Positions 18,922 through 27,693 of a stretch of DNA of 64,000 nucleotides are shown in pieces. Numbering within the stretch: the first letter of the stretch is position 1; every line of letters begins with the position of its first letter. The position numbers were made by a program, and so were the translations under genes. The notes under the pieces were generated by a model. That model was not told where the DNA came from and did no database searches. It was given only the letters and a program-made list of their open reading frames with translations. The stretch is from Candidatus Wolfebacteria bacterium GW2011_GWB1_47_1 (GTDB lineage: Bacteria; Patescibacteriota; Minisyncoccia; UBA6257; UBA9933). The stretch lies in the NCBI GenBank assembly GCA_001029635.1, contig CP011209.1, positions 350,866 to 414,865 on the forward strand, in the 5' to 3' direction.

Positions 18922-19075
18922 CCTACAACTAATAACCTACGACGGAATTTCGTGGTAAAAATCATGTAATCATGAATCCGTCGGCTGACAAATCAGGATG
19001 ACAATCTTGCCTTCGCTGAAATGACAGACTTTGGGGTCTGTGGAAATGAGACAAAAAGTGGTAAAATAACAGAAT

Positions 19076-19714
19076 ATGAAACACCCGCATTGTAACCGTT
19101 CCCATGCCGCACATTTTTTTTGGTGCCGTGGGTTTGCCCCTGTTTTCTTTATCGTTTCTATCGCGCTGATCGTCGTCGCTATTGGCAGCGGTATCTATTT
19201 TGCCGTTGATAAGGAAACCGCCCAGGCTCCCAGCCCGCAAGAAGCAGTATCATTACCTGTTTCGGAGGTTGTGGAATCTGTTGTCGTTGCGACATCAACC
19301 GCCGTTGCGTCGAATGCTGTTACTCCGCCCGCTTCTTTAGTAGCCACAAAGACGGCTCCGATTGCTATCGTCAATTGCGGATCAAGCGCAAAGACGGCTC
19401 CCCAATGTATCGCCGAGCATATCAAGACCTGTTCACCTGCAAAGGGTATCGTTGTTGATCCCGCTTCCGGTTTAACTGTCGAACGCGTGATTGATGGGTA
19501 TAAAGGAGATGTATGTTCATATCGAACAACGATCATTTCTGGGGGAGGAGAACTCGCGTTGCTTTCGGGGATGGATATCGATTGCATGTTGCCAAAAGCG
19601 ACACTTGCCTCAACGGTGAAGGATGGTTCTATGAGTCAAGAGGATCTTTTTGTTTATTGCACCGGCTCGTTCATGGACTTTATGCGTGAACAAATGAACT
19701 ATTCTTCCCAATAA
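19076..19714 (+). CDS. Hypothetical membrane-anchored / secreted protein
   Basis: N-terminal TM helix FAPVFFIVSIALIVVAIGSGIYFAV followed by a Ser/Thr/Ala/Val-rich region. No recognisable motif. Confidence 0.5.
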   Translation: MKHPHCNRSHAAHFFWCRGFAPVFFIVSIALIVVAIGSGIYFAVDKETAQAPSPQEAVSLPVSEVVESVVVATSTAVASNAVTPPASLVATKTAPIAIVNCGSSAKTAPQCIAEHIKTCSPAKGIVVDPASGLTVERVIDGYKGDVCSYRTTIISGGGELALLSGMDIDCMLPKATLASTVKDGSMSQEDLFVYCTGSFMDFMREQMNYSSQ

Positions 19715-19725
19715 TACCAGATATT

Positions 19726-20904
19726 ATGAAAAAACTTTCAGCACTATTTGATCGAAATCTTTCCGAAGAGATTGCCATTGTCCGCATCGATCTTAATATT
19801 AATAACAAGACCCTTAAGGCACGCACAGATAATTTGCGTGTTATTTCCATCATTCCGACCATCCAATTCTTGATCAAGCGGGGAGCGAAGGTTGTACTGG
19901 TTAGTCATCGGGGTCGTCCTGCGGACGGAACCAAGAGCGGAAAACTGATGACTGATAACATAAAAGAATTCGGACTGAAGCCGTTTGCGAAGATTCTCAT
20001 GGGCCTATTGAAAAAGGATGTTTCGTTCATACCACTTGATACCAAGCGGGGGCAGTTGTTTTCAGAAAATGACGCGGAAAAAATCAGACAGGCTCCAAAG
20101 GGTTCGATATTCCTATTGGAAAATATCCGATTTTTGCCCGGAGAAGACAAGAATGATTCGGCTGTGGTTAAATCACTCGCGGCACTCGGTACATTCTACG
20201 TGAATGATGCATTTGCCTTTTGTCATCGCAAGACTGCTTCGATGGTTGCAATCACTAAGCTGTTGCCATCATGCGCCGGTCTATTATTGGAAAAGGAAGT
20301 GTTTCATATGGACGAAGCCATCCATAACCATAAGCATCCGTTTGTTGTTATCCTCGGTGGCGCAAAGATGACAGACAAGATGGGGTTGGTTAAGCGATTT
20401 ATTGATAAGGCAGATTATTTTCTTGCGGGCGGAGGAGTTGCCAATACTTTTATGGCTGCCGATGGATTGCCTATTGGAGATTCCATTTACGAGAAACATA
20501 TGATTCCTGTCGCAAAAAAACTCATGAAGACAAATAAAGTCATTATACCGATGGATGTTGTCATATCTGATCGAAAGATCGTGGACAATGGCGAAGGTAC
20601 TACGGAAGAATGGGTAGAAATCATTAAAAATGCCCAGACTATCATTTGGAACGGACCATTGGGAGTTATCGAAGACAAGCGATTTGCAAAAGGGTCGCTG
20701 GATGTTGCCAAGGCTATTGCAAAGAGTAAAGCATTTGCCGTCGTTGGCGGAGGAGAAACTGCTCTGGCATTTGCGGGAATTTCTTTGAAGAAAAATACAT
20801 TTCTTTCGACCGGTGGCGGGGCTATGCTCGAATATTTGTCAGGAATCAAGTTGCCGGGAATCGAAGCGCTTCGCATGTCGGAGAAGCCGAAACAAAAGAA
20901 ATAA
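19726..20904 (+). CDS. pgk: Phosphoglycerate kinase
   Basis: VVLVSHRGRP substrate-binding motif and PGK C-domain (GGGETALAF...). Confidence 0.9.
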   Translation: MKKLSALFDRNLSEEIAIVRIDLNINNKTLKARTDNLRVISIIPTIQFLIKRGAKVVLVSHRGRPADGTKSGKLMTDNIKEFGLKPFAKILMGLLKKDVSFIPLDTKRGQLFSENDAEKIRQAPKGSIFLLENIRFLPGEDKNDSAVVKSLAALGTFYVNDAFAFCHRKTASMVAITKLLPSCAGLLLEKEVFHMDEAIHNHKHPFVVILGGAKMTDKMGLVKRFIDKADYFLAGGGVANTFMAADGLPIGDSIYEKHMIPVAKKLMKTNKVIIPMDVVISDRKIVDNGEGTTEEWVEIIKNAQTIIWNGPLGVIEDKRFAKGSLDVAKAIAKSKAFAVVGGGETALAFAGISLKKNTFLSTGGGAMLEYLSGIKLPGIEALRMSEKPKQKK

Positions 20905-20922
20905 TCCTATACGAAAAAGAAT

Positions 20923-21765
20923 ATGAAAGATATTGTTGTTCTGTATCATAACGGTTGTCATGATGGATTCGGAGGTGCATGGGTCGCGTGGAATAAATTT
21001 AAAAGTAAGGCTGAGTACATCCCCGTTGATCATGGGAAGGAGCCTCTCGAGGGGCTTGTCGACAAACAGATCTACCTCATTGATTTTTGTTATTCCGCAG
21101 CAATCATGCAAATATTGCTTGAGCAAAATAAAAAGGTGGTCGTTCTCGATCATCATATCAGTCAGGCTGATATCGTCGGCATTTCGACCGAGCATGTATA
21201 TGATAATGACCGTTCCGGATCCGTCATCGCGTGGCAGTACTTCTTTCCGGGGCAGCCGGTACCCAAACTGTTAAAGCATGTCCAGGATATCGATCTGTGG
21301 CGTTTCGCTATGCCGCATACGAAAGAGTTGATGGCGGCTCTGGACGGCTATCCATTCGATTTCAAATTGTGGAACAAACTGCGAGACGAATGGGAGGACA
21401 AGGAGGCTATCAAAAAATATCTTGAAGCAGGGAGAGTCATTTTGCAGTATGAGGGCCGCGTCATCGAGCGACTTATTCGTCATATCGAGCGCGTTGATCT
21501 TGATGGATTTCCCGCCTATGCCGTGAATTCGCCGATCTTGGAGTCCGAGCTTGGTAATTGGATTGTCGAGCATAAAAAAGCGATCGGGATCATCTGGTCG
21601 TATAAGGGAGGTAGTATCAAGGTTTCATTGCGTTCAAATGGGAAGACTGACGTCTCAAAGATCGCCCAGTTGCATGGCGGGGGAGGGCATAAGGGGGCGG
21701 CTGGTTTTGCATTCGATGTGGAATTGGGATTACCGTGGGTGAAGGTTCATGCCGGTAAGAAATAA
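20923..21765 (+). CDS. nrnA: DHH/DHHA1 family phosphoesterase (NrnA-like oligoribonuclease / pAp phosphatase)
   Basis: DHH motif VLDHH. GGGGHKGAAGF matches the DHHA1 GGGH motif. Confidence 0.75.
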   Translation: MKDIVVLYHNGCHDGFGGAWVAWNKFKSKAEYIPVDHGKEPLEGLVDKQIYLIDFCYSAAIMQILLEQNKKVVVLDHHISQADIVGISTEHVYDNDRSGSVIAWQYFFPGQPVPKLLKHVQDIDLWRFAMPHTKELMAALDGYPFDFKLWNKLRDEWEDKEAIKKYLEAGRVILQYEGRVIERLIRHIERVDLDGFPAYAVNSPILESELGNWIVEHKKAIGIIWSYKGGSIKVSLRSNGKTDVSKIAQLHGGGGHKGAAGFAFDVELGLPWVKVHAGKK

Positions 21766-21777
21766 AATATATATGCC

Positions 21778-22182
21778 ATGTCTAAAAAAGTAGTTATTGC
21801 AGGAAGCGCTTCTCTTCCAGAGAAGATTGATTATTGGAAGCGTATATGGGAAGATCAGGGGTATCTGGTAACGGCTTATCCTCGGCAGCTTCCTGTAGAA
21901 ACTTTTTTTGAGGAATATCCTCGTGTGCATACGGAGTTTTTCAAACAGATAACCGAAGCGGATATTTTGTTTGTCATGAATGAAGATAAGAATGGCATCA
22001 AGGGGTATCTTGGTGCTGAATCGTTTGCGGAAATGGGATTTGGTGTTGCACGGGATCTATTGCATAAAAATCATTTGAAAATAGTCCTCTTGCAGGTTCC
22101 CGATAGTAGTGTCCAATCGTATGATGAGATAATGTTATGGTTACAGCTTGGGTGGATATCATTATACGCAGCGAATCGTTGA
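21778..22182 (+). CDS. Hypothetical protein, Rossmann-like (possibly nucleoside 2-deoxyribosyltransferase-like)
   Basis: 134 aa, VVIAGSASL N-terminus. Function is a weak guess. Confidence 0.45.
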   Translation: MSKKVVIAGSASLPEKIDYWKRIWEDQGYLVTAYPRQLPVETFFEEYPRVHTEFFKQITEADILFVMNEDKNGIKGYLGAESFAEMGFGVARDLLHKNHLKIVLLQVPDSSVQSYDEIMLWLQLGWISLYAANR

Positions 22183-22227
22183 CAGAGTCGGGGAACTCCT
22201 GTATTTATGAAAGTAGTTGTGTGCAAT

Positions 22228-22652
22228 GGTAAGTCGGCAGGGAGACGATTACCCCTTCGCTTCGGCGAGAGGGAGGAAGGTCCGGACACTCATTTCTCCC
22301 ACCAATCAGGCCAATATCTTGGAGTGACGGTTGAAGTACACTGCGCTACCGCTTCGTGTTGCTGTGGGATGTTGATCTGATTGGTGGGAGAACTAACAAG
22401 GTAGCGGCTAACAGCCGTCGGGAGTAATCCTCGAGGTGCGAGCAGAGACGCCTGTTTTCGAAAGGAAATGGGGCCCCGCAAGGGGTAGCTCTTATGGAAA
22501 CATAGGAGGTGAAACGGCTAAATCCTTACCGGGTGCAAGGTCGTATTCCAATAGTAATATTGGTTTGTACCGCACGAACTCCTGGAGCAATCCGGAGTCC
22601 AGATAAATTATCGTCGAGACACAGAATCCGGCCTATTACTTGCCGATTTACC
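22228..22652 (+). ncRNA. rnpB: RNase P RNA (bacterial type A)
   Basis: Conserved 5' strand agGGAGGAAGGTCCGGACactc and the GGTGAAACGG region. 3' strand ACAGAATCCGGCCTATTAC. P1 pairing between ggtaagtcggcag and cttgccgatttacc. No credible ORF here; the minus-strand track ORFs over it are spurious. Confidence 0.8.
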
Positions 22653-22674
22653 ATTATTCATAACTAATTTTTCT

Positions 22675-23469
22675 ATGATACATAAAAAAGTTGCGATTGT
22701 TTCTGGGGGTGCCATGGGGTACAAGGACGGAGGTGCCTCTATTGGCGGTGCGGCAGCGATCAGGTTGGCTCGAGATGGATACGCAGTTGTTGTTGTTGAT
22801 GAAGGAGCTATGGGGCAGCGTACGGTAGATGCTATCAAGCAAAATGGTGGCGAAGCGCTATTCTTACAATTGGATGTGACCAATAGTGAGAATGTGCACA
22901 AGATTATTGCTACAACCAAAGAAATATACGGAGCACTTACGTGTCTCGTGAATTGTGTCGCGCGATATAGCCCGGATATGGCGAAGAACATCGCCGATAT
23001 TTCCGAGGAGGAGTGGAGTAAGACGTTGGATGTTAATCTCAATAGTTATTTTAAAATGGCCAAGTACACTATACCGCTTATGACCGAATCTGGTGGTGGA
23101 GCGATAATAAACATCTCGTCTATAGAAAGTTTTGTAGCACTCCCTAATTTTAGTGTATACTCGGTTTCAAAGGGAGCTGTTGATGCACTAACGAGAACGA
23201 TCGCAGTTGATTTTGCTCCGCACATTCGCGCAAATTCCATTCTTCCGGGATTCGTAAAAGTTGCAAATTCTGAGGGTACGAGAACGCCAGAGGAGCTGGA
23301 ATTATGGTATCAAGAAATTTCCAAACAGTATCCTTTGCAACGCGTATGTGAGGCCGAAGAAATTGCAAATGTTGTTGCTTTTCTTGCGAGCGATGAGTCT
23401 TCGTATATAAACGGCCAGTCTATAGTTGTGGATGGCGGTAAGGGTATTGCCGATGCTCATAGTTTTTGA
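22675..23469 (+). CDS. SDR family NAD(P)-dependent oxidoreductase
   Basis: Rossmann fold VAIVSGGAMGYKDG. SDR catalytic region (NISS...YSVSK) ending near 23469. Confidence 0.8.
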   Translation: MIHKKVAIVSGGAMGYKDGGASIGGAAAIRLARDGYAVVVVDEGAMGQRTVDAIKQNGGEALFLQLDVTNSENVHKIIATTKEIYGALTCLVNCVARYSPDMAKNIADISEEEWSKTLDVNLNSYFKMAKYTIPLMTESGGGAIINISSIESFVALPNFSVYSVSKGAVDALTRTIAVDFAPHIRANSILPGFVKVANSEGTRTPEELELWYQEISKQYPLQRVCEAEEIANVVAFLASDESSYINGQSIVVDGGKGIADAHSF

Positions 23470-23513
23470 TCCCTATCTCATTGCGCCATGTACAAATCCT
23501 CAAAAAGAGCTAC

Positions 23514-23542
23514 TTGACATAATAGCACATTTGTGCTACTAT
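23514..23542 (+). promoter_or_regulatory. Sigma70-like promoter TTGACA-N17-TACTAT with a 16-bp palindrome (TAGCACATTTGTGCTA) in the spacer
   Basis: TTGACA at 23514-23519, TACTAT at 23537-23542. The palindrome at 23523-23538 overlaps the -10 and looks like an operator. Confidence 0.4.
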
Positions 23543-23579
23543 TTTCTTAGTAGCTTAATTAAGAAACGAGGAGAATATC

Positions 23580-23921
23580 ATGAGCGGAAAGCTTATATTG
23601 GTAGTTGATGTTTTAGATAATTCGAGCGATTTTGTAGATAGGTCGTTTCTTGCATTCTGTGACACTTTGCAACAGTCATTCGAGGTATTGCTCGTAAATG
23701 ATCCACTCCTCATTACTTCGGTGGTGCAGTGCGGGTTCACCTTCTCGGCAATTGTTTTTAACGCAAAGGCCGAAAAGGATTTTCCTTTGGCAACTATGGT
23801 TGCCGAGTTCATCCCGGGATGTCCCCGCTTCGCTCGAGTAGAGCAGCAGGGGATGGCAACTCCCGATGGATTTACGGGAATCAGTAATATCGATGAACTT
23901 CTTGCGCTTTTGCGGAAATAG
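23580..23921 (+). CDS. Hypothetical protein (113 aa)
   Basis: GAGGAG SD 7 nt upstream. No recognisable motif. Confidence 0.55.
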   Translation: MSGKLILVVDVLDNSSDFVDRSFLAFCDTLQQSFEVLLVNDPLLITSVVQCGFTFSAIVFNAKAEKDFPLATMVAEFIPGCPRFARVEQQGMATPDGFTGISNIDELLALLRK

Positions 23922-23986
23922 CGCAAGGATGGTACACACTAAGGGATTAGGCTTTTTGCCTAATCTCTTTTTTCGTTCAAGCATTT

Positions 23987-25396
23987 TTAGAGAAACGATA
24001 CTAATAGTGCAATTGCAAATAATGCCATCACTATAAACGCAATCCAGAGAACAAGTTTCGATAGCCAGCCGCTTTTGTGTTCTCCCATAACGTCTTCTCG
24101 GCTTGAGATGCGGAGGATAAGAAAGATGAGCGGTACGGCTGCGATACCGTTGAACACCGCCGTGAAAACTAGTGCCTTGATCGGATCGAATCCAACGAAG
24201 TTAAAGAGTAATCCTGCTACTGTACCAAAGATAATAACGAGATAGAAGTTGCGCGACTGTCTGAATTTTCTGTATAGCCCTTCTTTCCAGCTAAATGTTT
24301 CCGCTACGGCATAGGCGGACGATCCAGCCAGTACGGGAATGCTTTGTAGTCCGATCCCGATTACTCCGACTGCGAAGATCAGTTTTGCGAGGAACCCTGC
24401 ATTAGGAAATGTGTTTACTAATGGTTCGAGCGCCTTGGCGGCGTCTGCCGCGGTGTTGATTGTGGTCACACCTGATTGGTTGAGTACTACGGCTCCGACC
24501 ACGATAATGAACCATGCTGTGACATTCGAGAATAGCATGCCGAATGCCGTGTCAATCCGTAGGCGCCTTAGGTATGCCTTCGTCAACTTGGGAATGCCTC
24601 CCTTTTGCGCAAGTCGATGGCTTGCGATCTCCTCCTCGACAACATTGCTTGTTTGCCAGAAGAATAGATAGGGCGAAATCGTCGTGCCGAAGATGGCAAC
24701 CATGATATAGAGAAATGCAGCACTGAATTCAATATGCGGCGAGAATGTTGCCTTTATAACCGTTATCCAAGGTACGTCCACTAAGAATGCCGTGATGAAA
24801 TAAGCGAATAGTGCCATGGAAAGCCACTTGAGGATGCGTATATAGGTACGATAGGAGATGAACACCTCAAGCAATATAATGAGCAGTGCAAATGCGATCG
24901 CCAATAATGGGAAGGGGAGTGACGGCGCGAGTAGTTGAGCGCTCGCGGACATAGCGCCGATGTCGGACCCGATGTTTAGGGTGTTGGCGAGTACAACTAG
25001 GACGACGATTGGATAGAGGATCTTTTTTGGATAGTGTTCCCGTACGGCCGCGGCCAGGCCCTTCCCGGTTACCGCTCCAATGCGCATACAGGCTTCCTGT
25101 ACCGCAGTCATGAGCGGATAGGTGAAAATCATTGTCCACGGCATCTTGAAGCCGAATTGCGCTCCCGCCTGGGAATAGGTTGCAATGCCGGATGGATCAT
25201 CGTCAGCTGCACCGGTAACGATGCCTGGTCCGAGTATGCGCAAAAAACGGCCGATCTTTTTTAGGCGTTTGTGTTTGATTTGCTTTGCACCGTGTGCGGT
25301 ATTTTGCTCCGCTTCCTTTATTATTTCGTCGGGAAATTGGACCATGTAGTGTGTTTTATGAGTGCTTGCGTTTAGTTTGTGCACTATTATGAGCAT
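23987..25396 (-). CDS. mntH: NRAMP family divalent metal (Mn2+/Fe2+) transporter
   Basis: GPGIVTGAADDDPSGIATYSQAGAQFGF signature and about 11 TM helices. The start may be the internal MVQFP. Confidence 0.8.
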   Translation of the reverse strand: MLIIVHKLNASTHKTHYMVQFPDEIIKEAEQNTAHGAKQIKHKRLKKIGRFLRILGPGIVTGAADDDPSGIATYSQAGAQFGFKMPWTMIFTYPLMTAVQEACMRIGAVTGKGLAAAVREHYPKKILYPIVVLVVLANTLNIGSDIGAMSASAQLLAPSLPFPLLAIAFALLIILLEVFISYRTYIRILKWLSMALFAYFITAFLVDVPWITVIKATFSPHIEFSAAFLYIMVAIFGTTISPYLFFWQTSNVVEEEIASHRLAQKGGIPKLTKAYLRRLRIDTAFGMLFSNVTAWFIIVVGAVVLNQSGVTTINTAADAAKALEPLVNTFPNAGFLAKLIFAVGVIGIGLQSIPVLAGSSAYAVAETFSWKEGLYRKFRQSRNFYLVIIFGTVAGLLFNFVGFDPIKALVFTAVFNGIAAVPLIFLILRISSREDVMGEHKSGWLSKLVLWIAFIVMALFAIALLVSFL

Positions 25397-25507
25397 TATA
25401 CTGGAAAACAGTGTGCGAACATAGGGATGTTGATTGCAGAATAGTGATCAAAGGATTGCTACGGAACATCATTGACAACAGTCACCGACCGTGTACCATT
25501 GATATGC

Positions 25508-25525
25508 ACTTACCGAATGGTAAGT
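25508..25525. promoter_or_regulatory. 18-bp perfect palindrome ACTTACCGAATGGTAAGT, candidate TetR operator
   Basis: Lies 8 nt upstream of the tetR-family gene ATG, in the divergent mntH/tetR intergenic region. Confidence 0.4.
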
Positions 25526-25533
25526 ATCAATCT

Positions 25534-26076
25534 ATGGAGCCAGGAACACGAGAAAAAATACTTGCAGCTGCCCGAGAGCTTTTTGCAAACCAAGGCTTCA
25601 AATCAACTTCCATGTCTGATATTGCCGCCCATGTCGGCATTACCAAGGCGGGGTTATACTACTTTTTTAAGAATAAGGAGAGTTTGTATATTGCAATCGT
25701 TGACGATGCCTTGCGTGCAGCATATGAATATTTGGAACAGGCAGTATATAGTTCTAATGATCTTTATCGCATGATCGAAGCGTTGCTTGTCGTGGGGATG
25801 CGTATGGGGGCATCATTCCGTGCGATTGAACCTGGAGCGCTTGATCGTTCTGCGCCCCCCTATGCAGCGATCGTGCAGCGGTTTGAAGATGTGCGTCGAT
25901 TGGTTGTTGCGTGCATCGAGCGAAGCGGCCTTCCCGATCCTGACGTCGCGGCCGAAGTTGTTCTCAATGCTGTGCATGCGTATGTGGTCCATACACAATG
26001 TGGCGTGCCGCGCATTAATCAGCTTGACTACGCTCGCTACTTGGCATCAATCATTAGCAATACCAAGCGTACATAA
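25534..26076 (+). CDS. TetR/AcrR family transcriptional regulator
   Basis: N-terminal HTH ILAAARELFANQGFKSTSMSDIAAHVGITKAGLYYFF. The track ORF 25411 has a spurious extension. Confidence 0.8.
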   Translation: MEPGTREKILAAARELFANQGFKSTSMSDIAAHVGITKAGLYYFFKNKESLYIAIVDDALRAAYEYLEQAVYSSNDLYRMIEALLVVGMRMGASFRAIEPGALDRSAPPYAAIVQRFEDVRRLVVACIERSGLPDPDVAAEVVLNAVHAYVVHTQCGVPRINQLDYARYLASIISNTKRT

Positions 26077-26099
26077 TTTACATTCTATCTATTTCATAT

Positions 26100-27692
26100 A
26101 TGCAATATCCTAAAAAACACACCATAGGGATGATCGTTGCCGGAGTGGCGATTGTTACTATTTCGATCGGCGGCGCCATTATGCGCAATCGTAACTCAGA
26201 AGAAGAAGCTCCAATTCGCCAGTCTACAGTCGCCGTTCTTGCAGCCAGTGACCTTGGACATATGAATGGGGTTATTTCCGCCGAGGGAACACTTGAGTCT
26301 TTGGAACAGGCGGAACTACGTAGTCAACTGTCTGCGCCAGTGACTCGCGTCGCGGTTCGCATCGGCGATCGTGTTTCCGTCGGTTCTCCACTAGTCACCC
26401 TGCAAGGGCGTGATATTTTGGCGCAACTTGATCAGGCTAAGGCAGGGCTGAAGGCTCAGGAGGCTCGATTGAGAGAATTGCAAAAAGGCGCCCGACCCGA
26501 GGATATTTCCATGACGCAGACCGATCTAGCCAAGGCGCAATCCGATCTTGCCAACATCTATGCCAATATGTCGACGGTTCTTAACGACGTCTATGCAAAG
26601 GCTGATGATGCGGTCCAGAATCAGACAGATCCAATGGTTGATCGTGGCACTCCAACATCTCCTCGATTATTATTCTTGTTAAAGGATTCCCAAATGCAGA
26701 TTGATGTAGAATATTTGGCGCTTGTTGCCACGGACCAGTTGTCTGCCATGCGATCCGAGATTGATACATTACAGGGTGATGCCGATCGCGTACGCGTCGA
26801 GGCGGTGCTTGCGAGCACCAAGACGCGACTGGTAAAAGTAAGTGATTTTTTGAATAAAATGGCTGAGGCGATTCAGTCGCAGTACGGCCTGTCTTCAGCG
26901 ACCGCTGAGCTGTATAAGCGAAATATTGCCACGGCTCGCGCTGAAGTTACGGCGGCATTATCTATCGTTAATGCGCAGGAGCAGGCTATTATTGCCCATA
27001 AGACGAATATCAAACGCGTCGAGGATCAACTCTCTCTTAAGCAGTCGGGCGCAACTCATGAACAGCTTGAAACGCAAGAGGCGGCAGTTGCTCAAGCGCG
27101 TGCGAATGTGGAGCAGTTACAGGCCCATTATGCAAAGACGATTATTACCGCTCCTATCAGCGGAACGATTGCCTCTGTTTCCGTGCGTATCGGTGAATTA
27201 TTGACTCCCGGTCAATCGGTTGTTTCGATCGTGAATAAGGAAGGATTGCAGGTAACGTTGTTTGTTAGTGATCTTGACGTGCAGTTTATCGAAGAGGGTT
27301 CAGAAGCGATTATTGGAGAACATATTAACGGTAGGGTGTTGCGTATCGCTCCGAGCGTCGATAAGTCTACGCGCAAGGTCGAGGTTACCGTGCTCGTTGT
27401 CGATAAGGCGCCTACGTTGGTAATCGGACAAAACGTCTCCGTTGCTATCAGGGTCCGACAGCCCGCGGAAGGAGCTGGTGTATTTATGGTACCTGTACAG
27501 GCTTTACGCGTCGCCGAAAACGTGATGTATGTCTATACCGTCAATGTCGATGGTATTGTGGAGGAGCATCGCGTAATTACGGGACGCATCTTGGGAGAGG
27601 TTGTCGAGGTCATTGGCGGATTGGACCCGGAAATGCGCATTGTGTCGATCGCGCAAGCCGTCCGTGCGGGGCAAAAAGTGAACGTACAATAA
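26100..27692 (+). CDS. Efflux RND periplasmic adaptor (membrane fusion protein, HlyD family)
   Basis: N-terminal TM helix, biotinyl/lipoyl-like motifs, a long coiled coil and a C-terminal beta-barrel. It sits immediately upstream of the RND pump. Confidence 0.75.
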   Translation: MQYPKKHTIGMIVAGVAIVTISIGGAIMRNRNSEEEAPIRQSTVAVLAASDLGHMNGVISAEGTLESLEQAELRSQLSAPVTRVAVRIGDRVSVGSPLVTLQGRDILAQLDQAKAGLKAQEARLRELQKGARPEDISMTQTDLAKAQSDLANIYANMSTVLNDVYAKADDAVQNQTDPMVDRGTPTSPRLLFLLKDSQMQIDVEYLALVATDQLSAMRSEIDTLQGDADRVRVEAVLASTKTRLVKVSDFLNKMAEAIQSQYGLSSATAELYKRNIATARAEVTAALSIVNAQEQAIIAHKTNIKRVEDQLSLKQSGATHEQLETQEAAVAQARANVEQLQAHYAKTIITAPISGTIASVSVRIGELLTPGQSVVSIVNKEGLQVTLFVSDLDVQFIEEGSEAIIGEHINGRVLRIAPSVDKSTRKVEVTVLVVDKAPTLVIGQNVSVAIRVRQPAEGAGVFMVPVQALRVAENVMYVYTVNVDGIVEEHRVITGRILGEVVEVIGGLDPEMRIVSIAQAVRAGQKVNVQ

Positions 27693-27693
27693 C

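Noticed and set aside
18921-19076. tRNA or other small RNA in the polX-19076 intergenic region
   Set aside because: No cloverleaf-compatible sequence or GTTCGAATC-type T-loop was seen. Only a weak hairpin and a diverged REP-like motif.
22290-23042. Minus-strand ORFs 22290-22481 and 22608-23042 in the ORF track
   Set aside because: They overlap the RNase P RNA gene (22228-22652) and the SDR gene start. They have no SD or motif and are antisense artefacts.
25397-25543. Mn riboswitch (yybP-ykoY) or other riboswitch in the mntH leader
   Set aside because: No conserved riboswitch blocks were recognisable by eye. Only the TetR-proximal palindrome stands out.
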